Source of the DNA: Raillietiella orientalis | Lineage: Eukaryota | DNA length: 64,000 nt | Direction of reading: 5' to 3' | Assembly (NCBI GenBank): GCA_036172245.1 | Contig: JAYWIR010000029.1 | Location: forward strand, 310,001-374,000 | Notes under the pieces: model-generated | Databases searched by the model: none | Told to the model about the DNA's origin: nothing | The model's input: the letters and a program-made list of their open reading frames with translations, nothing else | In this document: positions 23,801-38,800 of the stretch, piece after piece | Layout of the letters: each line of letters starts with the position of its first letter | Numbering within the stretch: position 1 is the first letter of the stretch | Program-made: the position numbers and the translations under genes

Positions 23801-26800
23801 CGACACAGATCTGCAGGTTCTCGTTTCTTACTGAGGAAAGACGGGGGAGGGGGGAGTCCGCGAGGTTCTGATACAGCCGGTGATGATGCAGGTCGTCCAA
23901 AACACATCCTTCTCCTCCTCGAGCGTTCCCCAGATGAGGTTCTGAGGCAGAGGGAAGGCGGAAAGGTTCGTGAACAAAAGAGGAACCAAACAAAACAATT
24001 CGCACAAGGTGGCGGTGGCGATTCGTTCCATTCCAGGAACGAGCACGGAAGGCAAGTCTGCCGACTGGACCACGGAAGGGTTGAAATGCAATCATTCAGA
24101 TTTGCCCTTCGCTTTCGATTCCAGGGTCATCTGCACTCAATCACAATACGCAGGAACTATCCGCGATTCGTTCAGAAGTCAGCTTTTCGGGTTGCGGCAG
24201 GACGATTCTTGCAGCTTTCTGTCTCAATTCCAATGATCGGGAGATTGAGATTTCACATTGCTCCTAATGTACAGGCATTGGATGAAGTTTCGCATGAATG
24301 AGTGGCGGCTTCTGTGCGAGGTGTGGAAATTTCTCGGCAGCAGAGTGAACAGTGGTATAGTCTCTCCAAAAACGGATCGTCGTGATCTTCTTCACCACGG
24401 AATTTGAGTTTTCCTGATTCATCGTTCTGTTGTTTCCAGCTCCCTCAGGTATCCACAGCCAGCATCTCCACTACTGATCCCTCGTCACCGAACATGTCTT
24501 GGCTGATGCAAATTCCCAACTGATTTTTCATCCTATGCAATTCATCCACCCGTTTGAGAAAGGAGTCCTTTCTCACTTTTGCGCTTTGCTGTTTTTCTTC
24601 CAGACGTCAGGCAGTGGTGGTCAGCGTTGTACTGACACGAAGTTGATAATTTCGTTCTTGTTACTGTGCCGAGGGCCTGCATGACCAGTTGCCCATTTGC
24701 CCTCAGACAAACACGGCGAGTTCTGTAGAATCCTTCAGTTTGGTCAAAAACGTGTGTTTGACCGGGCTGATTCGTCAAGATGACCCCTGTGTTTCCACAG
24801 ATGTTGTTGAAATGATGAAACAGGCATCGCTCCTTCGTGTGATTCTCCGAGCGCACATCTTGAAATTTACAAAGGAGATAAAGTGACATTTTTCCTCCCC
24901 GTCTACTGGACATCAAAATGATATTTCAGGAGACTCCGGAATTTTACATCTTTACTTGATAAATGTTTACGCTTATTAAATAAACATTAGCATCCGTGTT
25001 GTGAGTAGATTGGCTGGAATAATGAGCTCTTGTTTGTGTACACATCCTTGTTAGGTACAAAACGCTGAAATTGCAACTCAGTTGTAAATGTTTTTTTTTT
25101 TTTTTTTTTCTAAAAAAAAAAAAAATCAGTCCAATATATCGAAAAAAAGGAAAACCCCCAGATGCTCTTTTGGATCCATAAACACTTTTACAAGGAAGCA
25201 AATAGGTTGCATTTTTCCATCCAAGACTGAAGTATGCGAGGAAAGCGTTTTTCTCTCAAAACCAATCAAAAGCAAAAATGACCTGTTCTAGAGTTCAGCC
25301 CAAGAAAGCATGAATGACGAGGTCATATTCAAGGTATGAGCGTTCTCGAAAGTGGAGAACACACGTGGAGAACGTGAGCGTTGCACATCAGTGGAGTACA
25401 TCCTTAGATGTACTTAGTATATCCTTAGATGGCCTTTGGGTAGCCTGTGATTAAACGGTGTTCTTGCTTCGATGAAGAATGTCCACTCTTCAGATTAGAG
25501 GAGAATGCAGGTGCTGAGGGACCGAGAAGGAAGACAGATTTATGCATCTCTATGTGTTGTTCAAGAAAACATGAACGCACAGCAACACACGTTTCTTGAG
25601 CTTGGCTTTGTTTTTGCATCGTTATAAGACTGTTGAGCGCATTGCAAAGTTGCTACTTGAAGCTCCGGTGACCCCTGTGCGCTCGTGGTGTAAAGTACAG
25701 GAGCAGTATCATCATCACAAACCAAAAGTTATATCCGTTTCCAATAAGTAAAATATGTAACTTTCCAAACGCAACTCGCAAGCATTAAAACATGTTTTGG
25801 GCATTTTACATTTTTTTAGTCCATTCATCTTTGGAGGATAATGCTTACCACTTAAAAAGCCACGCCTTCAGTCATTTCCGAAATGCCTTTAGGGATTTTT
25901 GTTTTTATGTCCGAGAACTTCTTTGGTCTTCAGAGCTTTATGGGATGCAAATTGTCACATGGATGGTTTTTCAGTTTGCAAGGGCTTTTTTTTATTTCTG
26001 GTTATTCTTGGGACGTTTCGTGCTTCCTGTGTCTTTCTAATGGGAAAGACAGCGATGTTGAAAACGTCTCTTGGGCTTTTTGTTCTTCTCAAGTTTCGTA
26101 CGGTTTCGCGGGTTTCTATAACCAACCACCATTGACGACCGATTTCGTTTTGGTGCACGGTCTTGTTTGGATTCTGGAAGAACTCGCATTCTCTGTTGGT
26201 CTTCAATTTCGGGGAAAGCAGTGCCGAGCGCCCGAATTTTCTTTTTATCTGGTGGATTTTCGAATCTTTTGGTGGATTTCTTCTTCCAGTATCTGTGTTT
26301 TATAATGGTTACTTGATAATCTAAGTGGTGTTTTCAGAATTCATGAGGTCTGGCTGGCTCACGTGGAAAGTGTGCTCTTGCTTTGAGAGGTGTCTTCGGT
26401 GTTTCCCCACTTACAATTTTCCAATTAATCCTGCAGCAATGAGGACTTTCACAGATAACGAATGATGCATTTCTAGCATTTCACCTTGAGCAATTTTGTT
26501 AAAATATTAAAGAAAAAAAAAAAAAAAAGGACATTTGTTGCGAAATAAAGAATTGATACGACTCTATTACAGCTATAATTGCAGCCCATTGCGTTTTCGA
26601 TGAGCAAACCTATGATGTGGGTGACAAGTGGTATCCTGTTTTAAAATCCGGAAGAAACCGGTACTGTGTGACTTGTGAGTGTTTGTCGGTAAGATGCCAT
26701 TTTATATTTATTCATAAGACTTCTTTTTTTTTTTTTTTGATACAATAATTCAATGTAGGAGATCTTGATTCAAATTAGTGTGTCCTGAATGAAATGACGT

Positions 26801-29800
26801 TTTTAACAAAAAACAGACAACCAAACCTATAAAAGCTGAATAAGACTCCAATTTAAGTTTTGGTGTTTTGTTTGGTCTCCGTATTGGGTCGCTCATCTGT
26901 CAGGAAGAGGCACTTGAGGCTTTGTGCTGCAGGATGCTACCAATCATGGGCAAGGCAGATTGACATTCGAATGACGTTTTCCATCGGGAAAAGTTGTGGT
27001 AAAAGAAAGAAACTCGAATGCTATGGATTGGAGTGGACCCAACGGGTTGACAGGGAATGACAGCTTGCAAAGTCGCTGCCAGGGATTTTGAAAAACCGAG
27101 TTAAACGTGTAATACAAAGAAGAACAAAAGGTGAAGTCCCTGGAATGAATAGTGGGATTGAATGACTGCATTTTCGTGCGAAACTTGATTGGTTGTTCCA
27201 AGGAACAGATTCCGAACACTTTTAGAGAAAAGGAAGGAGGATGTGAATCGAAACTTTTACTCGGAGCTCCCTGTGAAGATTAAGAAATGTAATTTCTGTT
27301 GAGCCGCCTGATCAGTCCTTTTTGAGAGAGAGGAAACCATTCGGAGTTTAAATAAAGCACATGGACCGCAGTTGACCGGGCTCGAAGTTTAGCTTTCCGC
27401 CAAAAACAATTCAAGTTCTGAGTTTCGCCTTCTGGAACTTGTGACTGGTCTCCATGACGATTACTTGTCTCCAAATGTAGAGCTCCAAATTGAGCACTGT
27501 CCACCACGAACAGTTCCAAAACGTTGACGAGGTACGGAAAACACAACTGCCAACTCACAAAATGATGCGACACGGAAAGAACTGTGCTTTTACTTCCGCC
27601 AGAAGAATTTTACTGTTCTGATGTTGTCGGAGAATGTCTGAAATTTTGGAGTTAATTTGAGTTTGTACCTTACTCGAGGCAGAGGTCAAAGAAAAAGTCG
27701 TTTCCTCGTGCTTGGATCCCTTTTTATTAACGTGAACTTGGGTGGTCTGCCCTCAGCTTGTTCTTCTTAGGAATCACTTGAGGACGTAGATATGAAGTTC
27801 TGATGGAAAACTGCAAGCTTTTGCACTCTCAAAGACTTTCGAAAGCATTGCTCCAGTCTCATTTGGAATGATCTGACACAGATTCGTTAATCACTGCGGA
27901 GTAAAATTTGTCAATTAGTTGATCCATTGTAAGGATGCTGCCGTCAGAGTTTCATTCAGCATTCTGATGTACTTCCTGCACAATATTGCACGAATATAGT
28001 GAAGACGTGAATATCTTATCATCTCGGAATGCTATTTTACGGCGTATGTGCGCAGTGACGAGGAATTTGGAAATTTTCTGATCATTCGGTGGAACGAACC
28101 GAAGTCAAAACTTCACCGCGATGGAACACGAGGAACATCGAAAAGACGGTAGAAATATTGAGTGCTCAGAGAGCGATAGGGTTGCAAGGAATATTTTCCC
28201 CAAAGGTTATGCATAAGAGGATTTCTTTGTGGATCAGGGAAACGACGACACAACATAAGTGTGCATTCTTTTCATGTCGTTCCAACATTGTAGGAAGATC
28301 TGTTTGCCCAGATCCTTTGGAGAGTTGGTTCGAAATCGGAGCTTGCTTCTTCTTCTGTCCCGATGCTTGTTTCCGATTTCGCATTTTCGATTTGCTCATG
28401 TGAGAGCGTTACCAAGGTTGCAAAGCATCTCCTGACCTGAGATTAAATCCGATTCGAAATCATGTTTCATGATGAGCAGGGGAGTGCACTTCACGAGAAG
28501 ATGAGCTGAGAATTTTAGGTACAGCCAAACGTCGTAAGCTTGCAAACTGAAAGGGCCATGAAGCTCGTACAGTCGGTGGGTAATGGCCTCAGGTCATCTA
28601 AGAAAGTATCATGAGCTCACACATAATCACGCAGGTCTTTCACATAAAGCTATCGCAAACATGTGGAAAATTCAACATGTACATGACTCGGAATTATTAA
28701 TCAACAAATTCGATCCATTAACCAGAAATTAATGGGATCAGTGAATCTTTGTTCAGTGCAATCAATTAGTGATTAATCGTTTCGATGTGTGATTAGGAGG
28801 CAGCTATGATGCAAACAACGTTAGAAAATGTACAAGATTTTTGGTTTCCTTTTTTTCACGCAAGAAAGGAAAAAGAAATTTTATATATTAAAATTTAAAA
28901 GAATGAGAAAATTATAGGATAATGACCCGTAAAGCGTATTTCAGGTAAACGCTTAATTACCTATCCACCATTCGAGTAATTTGGTTCTGTAAATTGTTTA
29001 TTTATGCAGTTTAGGAAAAATGATGAAGACAAGATTCTAGATTCAGCGTTTCTGATGGATAGAAGAAGAAGAGAAGAAGAAGTTATTCCTGCTCGCCTAT
29101 CAACTCCATCTCAAAACACAAATCTTTCAATGATTCCATAGTTTCTGCTTGGGATGACCATATCCTCTCTCTCTCTCTTTAATTCTTTTCTTCACCTCAT
29201 TCATTAAATCTTATTTAATCTTATCAAGGGATGCTTACCTGAAATTCTCCCAGCAACGCTCGTATAATGATGAATCTTGCCTAGTATTTGCCTGAGATGA
29301 AACCGTGTCACGCCCGTCATCACTCACTTTCACAAGAGATCGTAATACATATTGGATTGTGATGCAATGCAACATCACGTATTTTGTTATCATATGGTAA
29401 ATTGAACATCATGAAAATATGTGGCGATCGGATCGATTGAAGCTGCTGATAATAAAATTTCCATGACTGGAAGGAATCTCTCTTTGCCAGATGACTCATG
29501 AGCGCTTGATACCGCAAGTGCTCATGCTTTTACAGAAACCACAATGTATCCTGGAATTTTTCTCTTCCTAGCTTTTCACACTCTTTTTTTTTTTTCTCCT
29601 AATTCCGTTGAATTTTTTCTCCGTTTTGACCAAGATCCACGTGCACTTCATGCTCTCGCAAACCCCATCCACAGAGGAAAAAGCAGTTCATAAGCTCTTC
29701 GAAAAATCACCTGATGGTATTTTCAAGTTCGGGAAGGGCACTAATATCCCTTGCATCTCGAGCTGTGACTTGCCCTGCATGACTTTCTCTTCCGCCTCTG

Positions 29801-32800
29801 TCCTGTCTTTCCCAGTTAATTAAGAACCTTGCAACTCCCAGAAAGCGCAACAGTTGTGCCATCTCTGTAATCTTACGAGATCGATTTAGGCCAGATAGCG
29901 AGCAGGATTTCGTTCAGTGTGTTTTCCCTTTCCACACATCATAGGCAGAGATTTCGTGGGTCAAACAGATTGCTTCTCTTGGGTCCTCTCTCCTGTGTAG
30001 GCATTCTAACCGGCTGTTTATTTATTGCATTGCACATGAGTTCGAGGTTCAGCAGGGAGTTAGACGAATCATGCTGTCAGTGATTCAGACCATCGCAACA
30101 CACATCTTCCATCTTGAATCAGAGACGTGTGATCCACAGCCAAGTCCACGTGCATGCTTCATGTGGTAACTAAATTCAATGAGAAGTTGTCCGGTGTTAC
30201 TTGTGACATCGAATTCCGACTTCTGTTGGACACAATCTACGTAAAAGAAAAACTATTAGGCATCCCTCATTTTCTGAAGCACAAATGAAAAATTTGTGCC
30301 AAGTCTGAGATGTATTCATGAGAGAGCCATCTTGTCCGATTCAACTGAACTTGGTCCAATCTCGTTCCATGCTCTCAAGAACATGTACTCTTGAAAAATG
30401 CAGTGCGAAATCTTATATTCCCATGGGTTTCCACGGGCCATCTTTAAAGCATCCGAAAACGATGATGCTTGGCTATGATGTTTATGAGAAGGTAAATTAA
30501 TTGGCTTCGTCAAAACCGCACAAGAAAAAGGCACCAATTTCTGTATCTCCTCGAAGGAGTCGAGAGAGGCATCTATGCCTCGTAAACGAATAAAGGCTTG
30601 TGATCTGAAATGAAAGATGAGATGCTGTTGCTTAATGGCAACTGCATTCTCGCTGCAAAGTGAACACTCCCATGTATGCTGTCTTTCATCATTGCCTGTA
30701 GAATGTCACATCCGTGCATCTTCGTCATTATTCTCTTTCGTTGACTTCGCTTCAAGGTTCTGACACGTGCAGCGCAAAGTTTGTTCTTTCCTGAAGCATT
30801 GCATGAAGGATCGATGGATCTATTGCATCATATGAGTGAGGTCACCTCTTTTTCCAAGAGTACAAAAGGTCATGCTCAATGAAGTTGCCTCATGTAATGA
30901 GGCAGCCTCCTCCAGCAACTTTGACGTATGCTGATGTCAGTTCATTTATCCAAATCAGAATATGGAACCAGAAACTCATATACAGATGCAAAAAACAAGT
31001 CCTGTAAGCAACTTGACTTGTTACGAGTAACTGCTTTGCGATTTACTGTCACCACACTATTCGCAGAGGCCTTCCTAGGAAAAAACATTCAAGCTACACG
31101 TCAACCTATAGCAATTTAGCTACAACACCAGCTTCTTCCTTTTCTTCCCATAGAGTTAGCAGCATGACTCCCCTTTCCCCCCTATAATCACAAGGATATA
31201 ATGATTGAAATATTTTCTGGAGATTTTGTTAGTCCAATTAAACCCTCTTGCATGGTTTTCCTTAACTCATAAGTTATCTCAATGCTTTCGACTGTTTTAT
31301 TTGCTTCCTGTTTTCTCCAGTTATCTGTTCAGAACAAGAATGAACAACAAAAAACTGTGCAACGAGAATGATTTCCTTAAGGTGTTTAAATACCCAATGA
31401 AGCTAGATTCACAGCTTTGGTTCCGGGACCATTTCCAATGCCTTCGATCTCGAGCATCAGGCATTGGAGATGGGTCTGGAAAATCCCCGTCTTCGTTCAC
31501 TTTCTTTGTTTACAGTCAGGAATCCCATGCACAATAATCAGTACACCTTCTGTGTACCTTTCACATGAAAGATGTGGCCGAAATCTTTGATCAAAATGCA
31601 TTACTTGTGTTCTGTTGCGTTTATCAGAATTCAAGAAGGAACTGCACCCAGGCCTTGTGTTCGAAGAAATGCGATGTGGATGTCAACGGAGAATGCTGCA
31701 GGCTCTGCAGAGGTAAGTTCGAGATCAGGGTTTCCAAATACTTTCAGTCGCAAAAAGCATCAGCAGCGAAACTTTCAAGCAAATAGAAGAATTTAAGTTT
31801 TTTGCAGGTTCAGCTTCAGAAGGATGGTATGCAAGCTTTCGTTACGGGTTTATTGCATGATCATTACACAGAGTAAAATTCTTGTCCTGAACGAATGGAC
31901 GTGCATAAACAAACGGGAGGTAACTGCAAGCACAATCGCAATGCGTCGAAGCCAATAGGAAGAAAACAGCAAGAACTGAATCAAAATGCCTGTGAGACCT
32001 CGCGGCAGAGATGCCGAGTTGGAACACAGCAAGCAGAACGTCCCGAATGCATCCCGTGGCGCTTTGAATCGTCATCCCTGCGTCATGGGATGTCATTTGC
32101 CATCATTGCCGAACTGATGTGCCAGAATGGAGAATTCGTTTTTCGAATAACTGCACTGCACAGCAGGGCTGCGCGCGGTGGTTCTCGGAAATTCTTGAGT
32201 TTCGCGTGAACCTTTAGAAGGAACTTCATTTCGGCAGACTGCCGTTGAAAGAGTGCCTAAGAATCCGATCCGGAACACGCCTTAAGTGTGTTTGCAAATT
32301 TAGCGAAGAGATGCCTTGCATGATTCTGTTTGAGTGTGCGTTTCGTATCTTGCCTTGAAGAACGATGATCCCCAAACGTGATACTTGCAGTCTTCGTTTA
32401 TGAGGGGGCGATAGAAACGCTTGCGTTCCCAACTTCTTACTTCCCACATTCATACCCTTAGACGGACGTTTATAAGCTTATATTTGTTTCTTCAGCATTA
32501 TCTCTGTTTGCATTCTGCTGCTCTTGTCATGATTTGATAATGACAACTACACTTATATGACTGCGATAACCTCAGTGTTAGGTTCTACGATTACCTCAGT
32601 TTTATTTTCATCTGCGCTGGTTTTCATAAAATTGTGACACATATCGGAGAAGAAAATTTCCACTCGCTGTAGAATGGGAAGCTGATTTGCGAGAAGATGG
32701 GATTTTTTCGTTTTGCTCAGCAATTTTCAATGTGCGCAGCTTCGGATGTGTGCTGTTTCGTTTCTTTGCCCATGGGCATGATGTGCATTTCGAATCCGTT

Positions 32801-35800
32801 TTAATTATTCGTTCCCTCGTTAGGAACAAAATCTCCATTACATAATGATGAAGTATTTGAAATGAAAAAAAAGGAAAATTACTGGTCCTCTCTGAGCACA
32901 AAAATTAAGACCAACGGATTTGAGTGCTCTTCGCTGGAACTGTAACGCAAGAAACTCCCAAACAAAATGCCTATTAAAGGAAACTTCCGCAACGAAGCAT
33001 CTTTGGTTCTCTTTCCCTTACCTCTTCATATGCAAATGATTCTCACGCAGTTGAGGCAAAAATAAAGGCAATGGTTCGGACTAATTCGATTATTAGGCAG
33101 TTGGCTGTAAACTGATTTTTTTATTATCCGAAGCCCAAGCCAGAAGAAATTAGATTTGCATTAGTTTTCTGCAGATCTTTATAACCTTAGGCTGCTTAAC
33201 ATCATCAGATACATGCTTGTGACTTCCCAGAATCCCTTGAATGAGATGATGCGGAGGACTTTAACCTCCACCGATGTGGAAATTGATAAATTGGAAATCC
33301 TTGAGCACGGAATTCCAGTTGCATACCAGGTCAGCAACAAGAGCACCTGGATAACCACTCAAGACCTTTAGCACAACGAATAAAATGAAGATCCCAACGA
33401 TGAGTTCCTTTAATGACAAAACTTTGTTAAAGCATTTCAAAATCCAACCGGCAGACATATTACTGAGTTCATTCAGACAACAAAACTCGATAATTGGATC
33501 GAGAAGTCATTAAAGTGCACAAGAACTACACCCGAGAAACACCAGTGTGTATCGTCAACGGAACGCTCCTGTTTCCGTAGAGTGCCATGGTCTTTGCAGA
33601 TACACGGAGCTGTGTCGTTCCCACAAAATTCGCAAAGTGCTCCGAGGAAGAGAGATTCCATCAAGGAACCATACTCTCTAAAAGAGATCATAGATTGAGA
33701 TGCAATCGGGCTTAAACAAGCAGGCCAACCGAGTGACAAAGATGAAATGAACTATGCCAACTAGACGAAAGCAAGAAGAATGAGCACGAAGAAGAAGATG
33801 CAGTAAGAAAAAGAGTTCTAAGGCAATGTTCTAAAAGGACGTCGCCGATTGTCTCGCACATCGATAAGGAAAAAGAAGGAGCAGAACGGTTTGAGCAAGG
33901 CAATAGGCTCCTGTTGCACACTTCGAGCAAGCAAGCTTTCCTTAGGACCCGCTTGTGCTTGAAATTTGGTTTCTGCTGATCTTGTCCCAAGGACTCTGTG
34001 CCATTTCATCTGGACGAAACTTCTTCGCAGCATCTGCACGTACTGTTTTTGTCTGTCGGAATGGAAGAACTTTGTTTGGCAACGTGATTACAGCGTGATG
34101 ATGGGAAGGTGCCGCTGTTCCGCTCTCTACAAGTTAATGCCATCTCACTACACTCCTCCAATGCATTCATATTCACTGGAGTCTGCTTTTCGGATTTCGC
34201 AATTATAATGCTGCAATCTGCTCTTCATTACTCAGAACTATGGAATTTTTCGAAACACGCTTTACTCTGACGAATCCAAAGAATGTGATGACTGGATTGA
34301 TCAGCATCTTTCGTTCTCATGGCACATGAAACAGACTCGGCTTTTCACAGTGCGTCTCATGCCAACTTCCACCATATTGCCATACGCTTATTTTTTCGAT
34401 TTTTTCTTAATTCGACTCTTGCTAAATTGAGAGATCACAACCAAACATTCACTCCTCTTCCCTCTCTGCGAATCGAAAAGCATCAGCGTCTGATTCTTCG
34501 CCACTATGTTTTCGAAGAGCTGTTGATGACTAGCATCAAATCCCAAATGATCCAAACCTGCGATGGATATCTCTTTTTTATACATTTTCCCCCATAGTTT
34601 GAGTGTTTTGATAAGATTCTTAGGTCCAATTTCATGCAGCCTACAGCATTTAGTTTACACCAAGATGTGCTCCTGCGTTGATCGTCCGTTTTATAAGTTT
34701 TGATCTATAGAATGCTGAAAAACTCCCAGAACATTTTCTCACCTTTGTGTCATCTTGTCCATCTTTCATCTTTTCAGTATTTGAATAATCCCTCAGTCAT
34801 TCCCTTCTACGTGACTTCCTTCGTAAGCTTTCTTGTTTTCGTGCTCGTTTGTTTCATTTTCATACATTTTTCCAAAAAACGTTCCCGCTTTCTTGGTCCG
34901 GAAGCAAGTTCCACATCTCTGAAAGTACTTTATCTTACTCCGTTTCTTCTCGAGATGCATACCTTAGCAACCGATCTCGATCTGTGTTGAGTTGGGATGC
35001 GAAAGCAGCGGTGAGCAGTTCGTACTGCTGCTGGGTGATGAATTGATGCATCACAACTATGATTCTGAGTGAACACCGTTGCCATCACTTAAAGCACAAT
35101 CCTTAAATTTAAAATACCTTGTTTCATTCTCAACGGTTAAATCTGCTCCTAGAAGACAGCAATGCTTTAAAAAAAAATCGAGATCACTCTTTCCACTGAC
35201 GCCAATTACTACGCACTAACTGTCAATCATTGCCATCCTTTGATTCGGTGATAGGGTCCTGCTGATAAGAAGGATGCTTTTAGAAGAGGATGATTGAGCA
35301 AATAGAGTGGGGATGATGTAAATCAGAGGAACAATCAAGTTAGATTTCCAGTTGAATCAAGTTTCGTTCTTGCATCGATTAATCGGACAATAAGAAACAA
35401 TGTTTTGCACAATTTGTAGAATGATAAAACTGAATATTTTGCTGTCATCTACAGATCGAAGGGTAGTTTCTTTCTTTTTATGTTTTATTTAGTAAAATAA
35501 TGCTCTTCTTACTGGACTTTCTTTCGAATTATGTGCTGTCATTCTCTTGCAATGTTCGCCATTTTCATAAGAAAACTGTAGGCAGTCATGTTGGAAGCAG
35601 AAAGTTCGATCAAATTCAGCCCGAAATTCTCATATGCAGTCAGCAATCTGACGGGGAAAGTAGTTAAGTTGGCAAATGTTTTTGTTGCCTTTCTCAAATT
35701 CCATTACGTGGCTGTACGAATATGCTGCAGTAGTGCCAGGCATAATTTTTAGTTCCCTCTACATAGGATGCGAATATATATATATATATTTTTTTTATTT

Positions 35801-38800
35801 TCCTAAAAGTATGACGCATATTTAGAGTTACTCATTTCTACTGTCGTACTGTGTTTGCATCAAATTTTAAGAAATTTTTTAGTCAGAACTGTGATACAGA
35901 AAGTAAATCAGTAATTTCAAATTAGAGCAAAACGAAGTTACGTCACGACCAAGTTTGTCTTCAGCAGCCAGTTTAGATTGCTTGCACGATGGACATCATT
36001 ACAAAAATGGGGAAAAATTCATTTCCAGCAGCACATCGTTGAAGCCAGTTTTTCACGCCCAATGTGTTCTCTGCCTTTGCCAAGTAAGTGAAACAGTTCA
36101 CAACTTCTGGGTTATGCTTGAAGCTGCTCTGTCATAATCGAACCGTGTGTGCTGCAGAATGCTGGAGACTGAATTAAAAGGTCGAAAGATTGAAATCGAA
36201 TTTGATTTAAGCATAATCAAACATAATTGCCTTTGAATTGAAAAAATAAGGCAAAATGGACTCCAAACTATTCGAATAGGCTGGAGGAACAAAACAAGTA
36301 TTCTAGAATATTTATCTTGTAGATTAATTTTCGTCAAACAGAACAACGAGTGCACCGTTCCAAACTGTTATTTGGCACTGTCACTTTTTTACCATTTGCA
36401 ATTGGGTGAACTTGAAGTTTGGTTGTAGAAAAACAATATAAAACAAAATGAGAAAATCCTTAAAACCTGATCTTAATTTCAACAGCAAATAACATATAAG
36501 ACAGTACTAAAGACAAATAATGTCCTGATGTGTACTTAATTTATTTTAAGATACATTTTATTATAAGCGTCAATTTTGAAGTTTAATGAAATCAAGTGGT
36601 GTTTCTCTACAGACTGGTGTTGTTCTCTGTCATTTGGAAACATGTTCTAAAAAAGAATGCAACGGAATATCTGGAAATACGGCCGATTGCTGCTATTGTT
36701 CAGGTTAGAAGTTGATTCATCATCATAGATTTCACTAGGATATTTACCTACTTTGCAGATTACTTGTCTCATGTCAACAATAATACTAAGAAAGTTGATA
36801 GACATGAAAAAAAAAACATTAAATTTTGTAATCATGGAGGAAGGTAAGGTTATCAAAATTAGAAATACGAATACTTTGGTGAGATTGATATAAGCACAAG
36901 GAGAGAATCACATGCTCGTAATGGAGGAAAAAACTCCATTCCTAAGATTATTATTTCTCTTTGGATAAGCTGTTTCTTTGGATTTTGGCTCTTAAGGTCA
37001 TATTTTTAGAAGCGAAGTTTTGGAAGGAGAATTCCCTCTCAAAGCTTCTTTTTCTCTTCTATTTCTTTAATATGTGAAGCAACATTATGTGGGTAAAAAT
37101 GATTTCTTGAAAAATCGATTTTAAGTATTACCTCAAATCACTATTTCTTACTCGCCAAGGAAAGAACAGTCTCTGAGGAACTTTTTCAATGAAACATTTA
37201 TTAATGTACATAAATAAGCGAATAAATTTGAACATCACTTTTAGAATCCACACCTGCATACTTCTCATTATCTCAATTGATGCATTAATGTAATGTGGTA
37301 TCACTAACTATGAGTGAATTGTTCCAAAGTCATCCCTCCTAATTTCTCGTGATTAAAAAAGCCCACATTCTAATTCAAGACGAACTTCTATCTTTTTCTG
37401 AAGTTTTGCCAAAGACTTTATGAGAAATGAACATAAAATCAAAAACAGAAAAGTATTATGTGACCTAAGCCTTTATGGAAAAGCGCAAAGAAAATGTCGT
37501 CATTAAAAAGCAGGAGTGCATGAACATTGCAAGTTACACACAAAGAAACATTAAACTGAGTGTTGAAATAAAATCGATAAGATAGCTTACACGGTAATAA
37601 AAACATTACTATAAATTATAAAGGTATTGTCCAAACAAATAAAACATTCCTAACCGTCAATTTAAAAGCAAACTATTAGTAAATGCTGTTTAATTTGTAC
37701 TTAATGAGCAAATATAGGACATCTTGTGTATTCGAATGACATTGATGAAAGTCTAGGAAATGAAATAAACGTAAAATCGAATTGCCTCAATCAATAACTG
37801 GGCATTTTCATAAGATTATGGAGTAAGCTCCCTTTTGGATGTTATTTAATGTAACTTTCTTGAGTTATCAATTGTTATTTTTGAATAATTGCTTATAAAT
37901 GCTTACAATTAACCATCATTACCATGATTCTTAGGGTGTATCCATCTGGAGCAAACTGGAACCCACATATACTAGAAATAGCAAATTTTTCTTGCATTAC
38001 TTGCATCTGCAGAAACGGTTCTATTCGTTGCAAGTTGAACTGTTCAGAGATATTCACAATTAACGATAGGCAACTGCAGAAACCCCACAGTTACTGTTGT
38101 CAGCTATGTTATGCTCACAAAGGTTGGTATGCAGTAATTTATTTTTGTAATCCATAGAAAAAAAAAACCTAAGATTCAAAACATTGTTGATAAATAAGAA
38201 CTATACTACAAACACTATGCACGGAGCAAGATCAAGAAATGACATAAAAGCACAGAAAACTATTTCACTACATTTGAAAACTGTATCTGACACAGATGTG
38301 GTTGTCAAAGTATTCCACCTGAGACCTCGCCAACACTCCTCATCAAACACTCTTTTTGAATTCTCACGTTCTTACAAGACGTGAGTAATTGACGACTCTT
38401 GTTGTTGTTGTTTCAATTTCTCTTCAGCTTGTGTTGTGGAAGGATCTTATTTTTCTCAAGTTAAACCATCGATTAGATCTTTCCATTTCTTTCCTTCACA
38501 TTTCATTTTTCAGTCACATGTTCGAAACAGAAAAAATCGTCATTCTAAAGGTAGGCCCACGTCCTGGAGTGATACTTCATAATTTTCATTTGTGTATGCG
38601 TGTTTACAAAGACACCTATTTTACTATCCATTCTTTCAAATCCTTCAACACTTTTATATCTCTAACATGTTTGCAGTAGGAGATTCTGTTTCTGTTTCGA
38701 AGTTTAATGACAAGATGATAATTGGCTATTTGGGTAAAATTTGCAACTGTTTAGCCAACTGTCTTTTAGAGGCAGATGGCGAGAAATACCAAATCACGAC

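Noticed and set aside
21126..24301. Many overlapping 100-210 aa ORFs on both strands
   Set aside because: Explained by high GC content and the inverted repeat; no domains recognised.
31808..31826. Possible micro-exon in the chordin-like gene
   Set aside because: Ends in phase 2, incompatible with the phase-1 acceptor at 35965.
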